This document shows positions 1 through 15,215 of a stretch of 64,000 nucleotides of DNA, piece after piece; position 1 is the stretch's first letter, and the number at the start of each line of letters is the position of its first letter. The notes beneath the pieces were generated by a model that saw only the letters and a list, made by a program, of their open reading frames with translations, made no database searches and was not told the origin of the DNA. The stretch lies in the NCBI RefSeq assembly GCF_009914755.1, contig NC_060931.1; one strand, written 5' to 3'. The position numbers and the translations under genes are program-made. Source of the stretch: the human T2T-CHM13v2.0 reference genome, Homo sapiens.

Positions 1-33
1 TAAAAATCTTAAATTTCCCTAAACAGCTTGTAA

Positions 34-380
<347 letters not shown>

Positions 381-486
381 TTCTTTACTTTTATGTACTG
401 AACAATAGAACTTTAAGAAATGTTCATTTATCAAAATTTGCTACAGAAGAAATCCCATCTATATGCAAAATCAGAGAAATAGCATT

Positions 487-519
487 GTGTATGTGCATAT
501 ATGTATGTGTGTGTGTGTG
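487..519. repeat. Imperfect (TG)n microsatellite
   Basis: tgtgtatgtgcatatatgtatgtgtgtgtgtgtgt. Confidence 0.7.
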
Positions 520-1224
520 TTAGCACATGCATGTATGTTTGTTGAACACAGCTGGAGACCTGAGATATTATGAAGGAGATTCTGCAGATAAGAATGAAAA
601 GTTAGGAAGGGTCATTACAGGAAAGAACACATATCCATGCAAATGGGCTTGAATCTTAATCATTAGGAGAATGTGCTTCAAAATGAATTTGCCCCAAATT
701 AGGGTGTAACGAAATCAGTTTAGCTGGTTACAATCAAGATTTTCTTAAATTAAATAAATTGTAATAGAACAATCAGGGTTTGTCACAAACAGTAAGAATG
801 AAAGCTGGTTTGTGAAATATTTGTTTTATAATAGATGACAGATTAGATTATGTGTGTTTATACTAAGCATAAAATGTACTTCTTACTGTTCATATGAGCA
901 AAAGTTTAAAAACTAACATCACAGAGAGATTAAATGTTTATCAGTAGATCATTACTATCTACTTATTCACATCCATTACATAAAAAAATTAGTGTGAGAG
1001 AATCATATGCAAATACAGCTAAAAAGAACAAGAGCAATTATGAATCTAACATCCCAATTTCAAGTTGATGGGGGGAAGCGAGTCCTGAGATGCAAATGTT
1101 TGTCCAAGGTCACACACGTGACGATCGGGGGACCTGTGTACATTCGGGTAACGCTCTCCAGTTCTGTCATTGCTTTTATTCTGCCACTTACCACCATCAT
1201 CAGAGCTAACTACAAATCTGTTAT

Positions 1225-1857
1225 TGAGCGACATTGCTGTCTGGGGTGATAGCTGAGGTTCATTGCCTCATGGCAAGAAAATTAAGGACTCTGGCACACA
1301 CAAGGATTGAGTTTAAGAGTGGACGTTTTAATAGGCAAAAGAAAGAGAAAGGAGAATAGCTCTCACTCCTGGGAGAGAGAGGGATGCCCAAATGGGACTT
1401 TTGGCCTGTGTTGTGCACTGGATTTTACAGACAGGTTTGAGAAGGCAGTGTCTGATTTATATAGGGCCCAAAGATTGGTTGAACCAGGTGTGACGTTTAC
1501 ATAATGCTTGGGGAAGCTGGCTGCCCCACCCTAATCATTATGCAAATGAGGTTGTTGCCTGGCTGGTGCCACATTGCCTGCTCCTTACTGTACATGTGGC
1601 TGTTAAAGAGAAGGGAAGATGGAGCTGTCCTTTTGAACATGCCTAGTCCTAGGTGGCCTTTGTCTATTGGCACAACTGCCAGCATTCACCTTTGCAAGCT
1701 TCCAGCTTGCTTGTCTGTGTCTGCAGCTCAATTTTACAGGCTCCTCTTTATTAGAAAAGAAAATGATTTGGGGGCTGTTTTTCATTAAAAGGAAAATCTT
1801 ACCCAGGACTTCCTTACCCTCACTATCTGCCTAAATTTCTTTTTAACTCCTATATCG
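1225..1857 (-). mobile_element. Solo ERV1 LTR, LTR9-like
   Basis: Reverse complement begins GATATAGGAGTTAAAAAGAAATTTAGGCAGATAGTGAGGG, matching the recalled LTR9 start. Flanks TTAT/CTAT look like a 4-bp TSD with one mismatch. Contains the octamer ATGCAAAT. Confidence 0.75.
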
Positions 1858-2949
1858 CTATGGCTGATGGGAAAAAATACTCATTAAAAATATCGTGGCA
1901 TAATAATATATGCTGTATTGTAGGAAATCTAAAATCTATAAAGTGGGTTTTCTTTTAATTACAGAATTTGCATCTTCCCCTGATCCCTTTTACCACAGTC
2001 CTGTTTTTCTATTTCTTCATTTGCTGGTGCTCTGGGCATTGTTTTCACTGTAAGTCCTATATCCAGAGGTGCCACTCATGTATACAAATCTGAGCTACGA
2101 GGGTTTAAACAGTAATTTAAATGGTGATATTGTACTTGGGATAATTGCTGCAAATGTTATGATTTATTTTTTCCTATAGACAACAGCTTGACCCTAGCAA
2201 CTAACACAATCTATCACCTGCTGCCAAGCAACCAAGAGCAAGAAAAGAAGTGGTTAGAAAAGGTATCACCAGCTCTGGAGTTTTATGGTCAGTAAAGTAT
2301 GGAAGAATAAAAAGAGGCTCTCAAAATAAGTCAGAGCACAGCAAATACTTCTCTAAACCAAGTTCTGATTTTATACTATAGGAGAGAAAAAAATGTTATA
2401 TTTGCATATATTTTATAACACTATAAGTTATGCATAAGAGAAAAGTGTATTTAATAGTTTTTTGCAGTAATCAATAGATAACTTAAGATTCAGAAACATT
2501 TCCTTTGAATACCCTTTTTTTCCTTAAAAATACAAAAAATAGTAAACATGTGTATCTGTTTTTTTTTTTTTTGAAAGAAGGGATTTTTATTGTGTTTATT
2601 TAAGGTGAAAAAATTAAATAGTACAAAGTAACTTATTTTTGTTTTATATATACCCAGAACAATAGTTCTTATTCTAAATTTATATTTCTGTAAGTAGTAT
2701 ACATTTAAGATACTTCGAGTAAGTACGCAGACAGAGGAAAAGTGTGAAGAGTAAATAAGATAGTAGAAAAGTATTTTTATTGAAATAAATTTGGAAATAC
2801 TTCAAAATGCAGAAAACTTCAATGATTAGCATAAAAAGCCTGCAGTCATCACACAGATTATCAACTGTTGTTCACACATTTGCTTCATATTTTTGTAGAT
2901 ATAAATACTTACTTGTGCTAACTGGTGTATCAATAAAATATACACTATT

Positions 2950-4130
2950 ATTGTTAGTATGGGTAGAGTTTAATTGTAAGAATTTGCCAAGAATAACTTA
3001 TTTTACTTATTTCCTTTTCATACTGGTTAGTTCATCTTTGATTTGTCAGAATAGCAAATACAATACATATACTTCTATCTCAATTTGCATCTGGGTAAGA
3101 AAGCCTCTACTGCAATGCTTCCATGTGGCTGCTGCTCACTCCAAGAATGGGCAGCCCATTGTCTTCCATAAAGAGGAATATAAATTGTTTGCTTCCAAAA
3201 GGGATTAATACAATTTAAACCCTTGCTAGTCTTATGCAAACATTCCTGTTCTTTCATATACATGCCACACTTGTTTAGCTTTAATTTTTCCATTATAATA
3301 GGCACAAATAGTATTTCATTTAATTCTCATTTTAATGATTATTGAGATTTATTTGCAGATTTACTCACATTTTACTTTATTTTTCTGTTAATATCCTTTT
3401 AATATATTTTGCCTATCTTCCTATTAATTTGGTTGCTTATTTTATTGCTTTGTAAAAATTTAAAAATATTCTAGATCCTATTGTTTGTTAGATATTTTAT
3501 ACTAGTTACCTTATGCCTGGCTCTTTAACAAATAGATGTTCTATTTCTATTAATTGGTTCTTCTTAGATTTGCCATATAAAATTCATCTTATTTAACACT
3601 GTAAAGTTAATCAATATTTCTATTTCTGAACAAGATGAGCCTCTTAGAAAGTTTTAATATATTCTTTCTCATCTCTTATATTACTTTTGAGTAATATTCA
3701 TGTGCTATATGTTTTTAAACTTCTAAATTATTTATAATTGCCACATATAATCAATATTTTCTTAGATTTACCACTTCAGTAACAATTGCTTTGCTCACTA
3801 TTACTTTTTTTGTTTTGTTTACCTTTTCAAAAAAAAACTGTCCTTTAATCCATTTTTAAAATTATTTGCATAACATTTAAATTAGTATTTTAGGAGATAC
3901 TTTAGCTATATCTGGAATTCTAGGTTGAGAATTTTGGGGGTGCTTTGGTTTTTTGTGTATTTTTAAAAATGTTGATTCGTTTTGGTTTTTCCTCATTAGT
4001 TAACACTAAAGATTTTCTTTCATTGCCACAGGCAGTGTATATTATGTGTATATGGATGGCATTTTTATAGATATGCATGCATTGAGCTCTCTTCTCTGAA
4101 ATATATACATTTATGAATTCCTATTAGGAA
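2950..4130 (-). mobile_element. Highly degraded L1M(E) fragments
   Basis: T-rich sequence with old L1 motifs such as ttttaatgattattgaga and tggaattctaggttgaga. Boundaries approximate. Confidence 0.45.
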
Positions 4131-5690
4131 ATTTTATAATAAGTACCTGGTTATTACTTCAATAAAACCATAGGTTAATAGTATTTTGCTGTTATTGTTG
4201 TGTGGATAACTGAGGTATAGTTAAATGGCTGGAGGTAAATATTTTTATATTCCTCACGTTGTTATCCTTGATTTCTGTAAACTTGGGGTCCCTTATATTT
4301 ACTCTCTACTGGAAAACATATGGAACCAAGTAAGACTAAATAAAGCATATGATAGTCAAAATATTCCTGAATTCCTAATTTAAACAGGGATTTTTCTTTG
4401 CTGAAGTCGCAGGCCTGGTGTCCAGAAGAGAGAAACCCACAGAAGAAACACTGAAGTTTATTTTTCTCAATCTCTTGATGGCAGTTATTTCTGCATATCT
4501 TGGAAATGCATTGTTTTATAATGGTTGCTTTTACGTGTTGGAGACTCAATCAGAGAGAACTGGTAGTTAATTCACATAGGAAGTACTTTGTATTTCAAAA
4601 TTATTTATAAAAAATTACTTGTGACCTGGGTTTGGGACACTTTATTAAGTGTCCAGATCAGCAGTTTTGCAAGAGACTGCTATGTGCCTCAATCCATTAT
4701 CTCCCTAAAGGCCACTGTTTCATAGCCCCACTAACATTTATCACATGCATTTAATGATACGTCCTCTGTCCACTCTAACTGTCAGAAATCTGTGGCTTAT
4801 TCAACTTAAAAGAAAATCTCCAGAGCCCAATATAGTAAGTGTCTATATCGTTGTTAAGTTCTCAATAGATATTTGCTGACTGCCTCTGTCACTGAATGGC
4901 TGAATTAATGAGGACTCAGCCATGCCCCATCAGGTGATATATATGGAGCACAATGACTGCCTCATACTCTCAGGCTCCCCCTTATATCTGAAATCCACCT
5001 TCTTTTAAAATAGCTTTTCTTTTAAAAGAATTCACCTCTTTTTTCAGAGTCAAAATTCTGAGTGAGGAAAGTAACACCGGTCTATCAGAACCTATCATCA
5101 GTTAAATCAACCCTGACAATCATTGCAGAGACCAATACTGCAGGTATATCTGCCATCAACCAAGGTCCACCCAGATGGCCGAACATCATTGCTGTTAATC
5201 CAAAAATAGTTCCATTTTTTCTGACAGGCTAATTGCTCCTAACAGTAAGTTGCAAAACACTCAAGACCCAGCAACCACAATTTTGTGACATGAAGTAATC
5301 ATTGTTAAGATAACGTTGGCCTCTTAAGAAAGGCTCTGCCATGATTTCATCAGTATTTTTTAATGACCTCAAATATGTTTACTTAAAAGGAATCCTTCAT
5401 CATTTCATCTCTTATAATTCTCAAAAAGGCAGGTAACATTATATTTACTCTGCTTAATGTTAGTATTTGAGCTCATTTTTAAAGGTACTCACTGTTATTC
5501 CCAAAATAAGTATACCTGATCATAGTATTTACAGAGAACAACATACTAGTACATATCTTTAAGCCAACTAAGAAGAAGAGTTTCTTTCTCAGTATTATAT
5601 TGTGACTTTTCTAATTTCACATTAGGTTTTATTTTTGTGGATCAATAAAAAACTCAAATACTTTGAAATACTTTAAACGTTGGGTGATAT

Positions 5691-6231
5691 TGTTACTGGT
5701 GAAGGATGTACAGGTTCTTGGTATTTTGAACAAAGAACTGGACAAAGTGCACAATCAAAGCAAGGAGACAAGAAGCAACAAAAGCAGAAATGTATTGAAA
5801 ACGAAAATGCACTCCACAGGGTGGGAGCCAGCTGAGCAAGGCTCAAAGCCTCAGTTAGAGAATTTTCTGGGGCTTAAATACCCTCTAGGGGTTTCCCATT
5901 GGCCACTTGGTGTACACCTCATGCAAATGAAGTTGTGGTCTCACAATTAGGCTGATTGGTTGTGGAAAGCAACCAATCAGAGGCTGAAGTGAAGTTACAA
6001 ATTTACACTCCTACGCAAAAAGCAACCAATCAGAGGTACTTTCTGCTTTCTGCAACCAATCAGAGGTACGTTCAATTTTCCAGATGGGGAGGGGGTTTGC
6101 AAAGGGAGTAGTCTCTGGTCCTTTTGTTACTTAGATGTGGAAAGTTGGAGTTTTCCTTTTGATTTAGCTCTAGAAAGTCAGCGTAAATCAGCCTTAGGTT
6201 GCCTGCCTCCAGACCTTATTCTCCTGCCTCA
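5691..6231 (-). mobile_element. Solo ERV1 LTR, MER51 family
   Basis: TG...CA termini. Reverse complement starts TGAGGCAGGAGAATAAGGTCTGGAGGCAGG (MER51 start). Flanks ATAT/GTAT. Internal CCAAT repeats. Confidence 0.85.
5952..6069. promoter_or_regulatory. Cluster of four CCAAT (NF-Y-type) boxes inside the MER51 LTR
   Basis: CTGATTGGTT at 5952, AACCAATCAG at 5971, and the direct repeat GCAACCAATCAGAGGTAC at 6022 and 6052. Confidence 0.6.
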
Positions 6232-6699
6232 GTATCCTAAGGCAGAAAGGAGAGGGTATCAGACTTCAGGAGAAAATGGCAACAATAAAAATGTATTTAT
6301 AGACAAAAATAAATGTAGAAAAAATAATCCCACCCCAACTACAGGAGTGATGCTAGGGAGCCACAGGCTCAGAGTTAAAAGATACCGAAGGGAGCTTTGA
6401 GATATTTTTTGAGGAAAAAAAATCAATTTCCAGTACAGAGGTCTATTAGCCTCGTCAGCCACTGATGCTAAAGAGTGGCTTTTGTGTGCAAATAGAACAA
6501 CATGTACAGGGACAACAAAGGCCGGCAGGGACTCACACCTTACAGGGAGCAGAAAACCTGTCATGCCAGAGAAGAAGTCAGCTTCACTCTCTTCACTGCC
6601 TAAATGCAAATACTGGAAAGAGGATAAACTAACATAGCAGGAAGTGGAATGGTGATCCTTAAATAAAAAGTTGAGCAGACAACCATATAGATCACTCAG

Positions 6700-9000
<2,301 letters not shown>

Positions 9001-9224
9001 AATAGATGTAAACATGCTTAATAGAGCTCTGGTCATTTATGCTGAAAAGACAGAGGAATATAACCCATCAGAGTATATACGTCCTATTCTACAACATTTG
9101 GACAAATAGGTCATAACTAAAGTTGAAAGCAAGAAGGGGAATTTCCAGATGATTGAAAAATATGGGGGATGCATAGCAGTTGTGTAGCTGAAGCCAAATT
9201 GCTCTAATTGGTTGAAGATCCTCT

Positions 9225-9293
9225 ACACACGCACACACACACACATGCATTCATATGTGCCTATGTACATACATATACACAGACACACACACA
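9225..9293. repeat. Degenerate (CA)n tract
   Basis: acacacgcacacacacacacatgc...acacagacacacacac. Confidence 0.7.
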
Positions 9294-10614
9294 TTATGTA
9301 ATTAGTAGGACAGATGGGGATATAGGTCCCTTCCTGGGCACTAGAAATTGTGATCCTGGCCTAGATCTTAGAATAAGGGAGCTGTTGCTTTATCTTGGAT
9401 GAAAAGGAATCAGAAAAATTCAGCTCACTGATCTTGTGGCAAGAAGTGAGCTGCTGTCCATGGTCAGAGATGAAAGCAGAATTCCTAGCAGGAGAGAATC
9501 AGAATCCAGTACTATTTGTAGGTATGTGCACTAAACAGAAGGTTTTTATGCCAGAGCAACCTCAGCATCAGTAGGAACTGGTCAGCCTGCAGGACACAGA
9601 TGGAAGCAACTGTGAGAAAGCACAGGGAAACCTCAAAGCCTGGGGCCCGAGTGGGGCTTCGCAGGAGAACCTGCAAGGAGGGATCAGAGACAAATATCAG
9701 AGCTACCTCCAGGACCCAGCTGCACATTTAGACAAAGACCAAGAAAGTTCTCGGTCCCAGCAAATGGGAGCATTAAAATCAGAACAATCTGAAAGATATT
9801 TTCATATACCCTTGCCTAAACACCTCATAGAAAACCTGAAACTATGAAACAACAACAACAACAATAAATAAAGTTGAACTCTATAAAGTTATATTGTCCT
9901 TTATTTTAAATTTCTTATGGACATTAGATAGTAGCACTGCTCTTTCGGTAACTTAGAGTACTTCGCAATTCCTTGAAAATCCAGCACCGTCAACTGAAAA
10001 TCATTTCTGTTTATTGGTTGTTTCCTCTTTTCTTCTTCTCACTGAATGTCTCCGTGCTCAGGCCCCAGTGAAAACATAAAGTGCATATGAGGACATGAGG
10101 GCTAAGGGGATCCCCAGGGTTCCCTTTTCCATTCTCAGAATTCCTTATGATATATAAGCCACATACATTGCTTAATGCCGTTTATAAGAAATGTCATATC
10201 TTTTTAATCAAAGTAGGTGTGGCTTTAAGTGAAAAGTCCCATTTCTCTTCTTTCAGAGAGAGTGAAGATGCTGACGATGAGGGTCGTGTGGGGAGCCAAA
10301 GAAATGACCCCACCTCATTGTGTGGATGTTTCTCAGCTTTTCCCTTGATGTTGAATGGTGTCACTGCCAGTTTTGGCACTCTTTACCTGTTTTATGCTGT
10401 GAAGCCAAGATGAGATTCTCTTGCTCAGCCTTGGGATTGTGTAGGTTGGGTAGAAGAGCTGGTTAGGGCAGTATAATGCCATTTGCCCCAGGCAGCCCCA
10501 TGGGCATCCTGTGACTGACACTGCTCCTGTGTGGCCAACGGTGCCTGCGTCTCTGTCCTGGGACAACAGCATTGTCCTAGCGCACTGCTGCTCCCACAGC
10601 CTTCCCTGTCTGCT

Positions 10615-10851
10615 CATCCCTGCCTTCCTGAATTTTATTTGACAGATGAATTGACTGTGGAGAATTTCTTGTCAGTTCAGCTTCAGGGACACCTTCAGAC
10701 TTTGGATTTAGGAAAAGAGCATCCTTAGAAAGAGCATCCCTGCCTTCCTGAATTTTATTTGACAGATGAATTGACTGTGGAGAATTTCTTGTCAGTTCAG
10801 CTTCAGGGACACCTTCAGACTTTGGATTTAGGAAAAGAGCATCCTTAGAAA
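10615..10851 (+). repeat. Perfect tandem duplication, 2 x 117 bp separated by GAG (120-bp period)
   Basis: 10615-10731 is identical to 10735-10851. Confidence 0.97.
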
Positions 10852-11087
10852 TGCAATAGCTAGCTTTCCATTTCTGAAATATGAATAACACACTTCTTCC
10901 AAAAGGAGAAAAGCTATCTGTTTGATTAGTCATACTTGCTACATTAAATTTTGAATAGTTACTCTTAAAAAAAAATCTCTGCAATGAAAATGAAAATCTT
11001 GTGAGCTATAGGAGAAATATTCCCAAATGTATTATTTTCCTAGCCTGGTTAAAATAGTTGATAAATGGTTATTTTAAAAAATTTCAC

Positions 11088-11124
<37 letters not shown>

Positions 11125-11131
11125 CACACAC
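11088..11131. repeat. Compound (GT)n(AT)n(AC)n microsatellite, self-complementary
   Basis: gtgtgtgtgtgtgtgtatatata...tatacacacac. Confidence 0.9.
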
Positions 11132-12059
11132 CATGAATTTCATGGCAGTTGATATGTTCAATAGTAACAGTACTGGGTATAAAGTACTGCATAATGCAAT
11201 ATGCTGGAATTACTTCCATTTTCTGAATGATAAATCCAATCTAATTTAGTCTGATTTTGAATGCTGTGGACTTCCAATGAGTTTTTAAAAATATCTTTCA
11301 ACTGCTTACCAGCCCTTATTTAGTATGCCATATTTTGAATGCTTTGTTCTTAAAGAATATCAAATATATTATCCAAAGCATTTGCAGAAAAGAAGAAACT
11401 TTTTTCTCTACAAATTGCTGTAAGCAAAGATCATTTTTCAAGCTAATGAAATCTTAGTATTTTCCAAATAATGCTTAGGGAAACATCAAAGGAAAGAACA
11501 GTAGATACCATTCCATGTGTAGACATTATGGAATGTAAATATTTTTCACTAGATATTCATAAAGATAGCAGCTATACATGAATTTACATCAACCTGCTTA
11601 AAATCACATTATACAAAGGATCCATCACATTGGACTCATTGTAATGTCAAGGAAGCCCAGACAGATACTAATAGATCATGTTGCTGAGAATGATATATTC
11701 CCCAAAATACTTGTAGTTAACAAAACAAAAGGTAGATTATATAGAGAATCATTGTATAACCTTAACATCTATCAACTTCGTCTAAGATTATTTTTATTAG
11801 GCCATGATGGAATCACTGCTCATCAAGACCACATTCTCTGTAGAAATTTAAGGGCAGGGTCATTAACAAAGTTAATGAAAACAGTCACAGGGACTCCGAA
11901 TGTTCTCATTGTGGAATAATTCAGATTGAATAATGCATCACAACACTCGTTAATTATATCAGAAACTAAAAATATGTAACTTTCAAATTACCATTTCCTA
12001 TTGTCTCTAAAATTTATATGTTTGAAATAGCAGACCGTTTCATTTTTAAAGGGCTTCAC

Positions 12060-12490
12060 GAGCATAGCATAGTGCATTTTAGGTTTGGAGCTGAAAAACC
12101 TGAGTTTTAGTCTTTCCTTGCTGTTTATTAGGATAATAGATTTAATTTGATCACAATGATAACAGTTAATATCTATTTTGCATATACTATCTGCCAGGTT
12201 CTGTTTGAATGCAATGTGCTGGGCACGCTATAGACATATTTTACTAAGGGCTGTCAACAACTCCATCTGACAATATTATTCCCACTGCATAGAAGACGAG
12301 ACTGAAGTTGGGAAGGCTGGGGAAGACAGGGCTTAAAGAAGGCAGCACATCATCTCTCAGGTATTGTCTGGGGCTCCATTCATCACCTGTAAAACTGAAA
12401 TGGTGGTACCTCTCTCAAAAAATTGTTGAGAGAATAAATGAGAACATACGTGTGAGTGTGCCTTATGATATAAGTAAGATGATACAAATA
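12060..12490. mobile_element. Cluster of MIR fragments in both orientations
   Basis: MIR core motifs: attattcccactgcatagaagacgagactgaag and catcacctgtaaaactg...ttgttgagagaataaatgaga. Confidence 0.6.
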
Positions 12491-13109
12491 CTAGCTTTTA
12501 TATAACATAGACCATATTCGTAAGATCGTAACGTTCAAGATAAATCTGAAAATAAAGCTTAATAGCGTTATTAATTAGTCAATGAATTGGAAGGAAGCCC
12601 AGTACAATAAAATGATGCCGAGCATTGTATTCCCCTGCATGGGGTTTCTACCTCTGCTATCACATTCACTGAAGCACAGTAAATCCTCTAGCAGGTATGC
12701 AGTAGCTACATCAAGGGGCCAGTGAGAATTTAGAAAAAAGCTTGAACTTGGAGATCTAAAACAAAAAACGAACCACATGGATTAAAGGAGAGAGATATTC
12801 ATGATTAACTTAAATAGACAGACTAGTCCCTCAGCTTAGACACACAGGAATGACCGTACTAATAAATATGAAGGAAGATATATTCATCAGAAGGGACTTG
12901 GACCATCCTAAAGGCACAGCAAGTGCAGTCACTGAGATGAAGGTGGTCATTGGAATTCATGTTCCGGTAGGGACAACATAATATTGAGTGGTGGAGCTCA
13001 AGCATTGCAATCCTAGCTCAGTTGATGCACAACACAGCAGTATTTGGTAAAACCTGCATTTGTTTTGCTTATAAGTTTTCTGTGGTATCACAATGTCAAA
13101 TAGTGATGA

Positions 13110-13330
13110 ACACCTTGGGCCTTGCAGTCAGGTATGGTGGGTGGGAATTTCAGTTCAGACTCCCACTAGTTGCCTGGCCCTTGGGTACTTAACATACTAT
13201 TCCTCATTTGCAAACTGGGGATAATAACAGAAGTCATAGAGTCCTCAGAAGCTATAACTTGGGATAGTAACTGTAGTAATAGTGTCCTCATGGGGTTGTT
13301 TTTAATATTTAAGGAGAAAACTTACTTAAG
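13110..13330 (+). mobile_element. MIR fragment
   Basis: ccttgggtacttaac...ttcctcatttgcaaactggggataataac...cctcatggggttgtt. Confidence 0.65.
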
Positions 13331-15215
13331 GCTTAGCTAACTGCAGGATATACAGAAAAAGAGTTTCATAAGTGGGTGTCGCTTTCTCACACAACAAATT
13401 AGGCTTCTTGTATTCATTTGCCTGCAGAAAGAGAATGTGATGGCATACAGATATTTATATTCCTTAATGAAAATTACTGAACTGCAAGAAAACTCAAGTA
13501 TTTTCATTTTATAAATAAGGTGAAGGAACTTTAAAGTTGATTCCAGTGGAATCTGCAAAGTGAAGACATTGATCATCTCCTTTTATGATTTTTTGTGACC
13601 TCTACAAATGATTTCAGTGTTTAAGGATTACAAATGTACATGTACTTATTCCTGATGTTACATAAAGCAGTCATTCAGTAGATGATATAAATAACTATAA
13701 GTACAACAAAGTGTGTCTTCATAACAGTATCCCACCTCTAACTTTATCATTTATTTGATTTGTGGGTAGAAATTCCCATGGTCTTTGCATGTAAGACAGC
13801 CTCCATAGGTAAGGTATCCATGGTTAGATACAAGCATGGATTGGTAATCCTGCATCTCTATTGCTGCGAAGTTGCTCTTAAGAGTTCTTGTTCTTACAGG
13901 GCTCTTCTCTTTGTGCATCCTATTCTAACCAAGACAGTGGCACAATTGCTACATTTGTAGAATGGAGAAATTGCCTGTGAATTGCAATTCAGAAACAATT
14001 CCTCTACAACCTTGTTTAAAATTTCAACCTGAAGAGATAGAGCTACCTTGATTAGCAACATAGCCAGCAAGACCAATAGTGTAATAAAATTATTAAAGAT
14101 CTTTTCCCCCTAACTAAAATTCTTTGTATTTTTAGCAAATGACTTTTTAGAATTCCTTCAGAAGGGATAGCTGACTGGTTCTGGGGTGTGCTAGCGAGAG
14201 AGAGAGAGGTGGGTCTTGTGTTGTCTACCATTACTATTTGAAAAGACTCACAATTTTTGGTCTCTATAATCCACCATACTGGAAAATAGGGTACCTTATG
14301 AAATATGTTTCACATTTCTGGATTCATTTCCTTGTTTGTCAAATGAGAGGTTAGGAGATAAGAATTAAGATAATTTTATCAAAGAATCTTAGTGTTCTCT
14401 GACTTATCACAAATAAATGAAGATCTGGCTACACCTCCCAAATAGCACTGCCAGTTATACGATTGCAAATCCATAATCTATTTACCCTGTCTACAAATAG
14501 TGTCACTCATTTAGCCTGCTCACTTGGGAACAATCATTAAAATTAGTGAGGAAGACCACAGTGTTTTTTCACTTTAATTACACATCCTCTTGATCATAAA
14601 GAAAGCATGTCAAGGAAATATCTGCATTGCACAGAAATGCTCTACGAGAGATAGTTATGTTCGGCACAAACATTTTAATTAGGTTTTAACATTCACTTTT
14701 CCTATGACGTATGCTTTAATTACTAGTAGCTTTGGAATATTTTCACTGAGAGAAATACTGTAAAAAGTTTGTATTTGTACTAAATCACTTCTCTAAAACT
14801 GTTACTCTCCGTAGGAAAAGAGATTATTTAGATCTAATAATTAGTTTTTATTTTCTGACAAGAGTTTGATTCACTAATTAATATCAATAATGAAGATCGA
14901 GTGAAGAAAACAAATGCATAATTCTGTAAGTCTTTATTTTCTTTGTCTCAACCTCAAGTTTCTGTCAAATGTCAGTTATTTTTTTCAAAGTAACTGTTGG
15001 TGATTGTGTAGTGAATTTCCAAATTAACCACAAATAGTTTGTAATAGTTCGAAATCCTAAATCCAGTGCTCTTTCACGTTATAAGACTAGTATATTATCT
15101 AAAGGGATATTCTCTCCTTAATATTTTTAGAAGCTCATTTTAAAAATAATAATCTCAAATAAATAAGCAAATATAGATACATAGACATTTATACACACAT
15201 CTGTATACTTATATA

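Noticed and set aside
9170-9870. Possible ancient LTR or promoter-like GC-richer block
   Set aside because: I could not assign termini or a family from the sequence alone.
10577-10984. 135-aa minus-strand ORF with an internal ~40-aa repeat
   Set aside because: It starts at TTG, and its length results from the in-frame 120-bp duplication. No recognisable protein.
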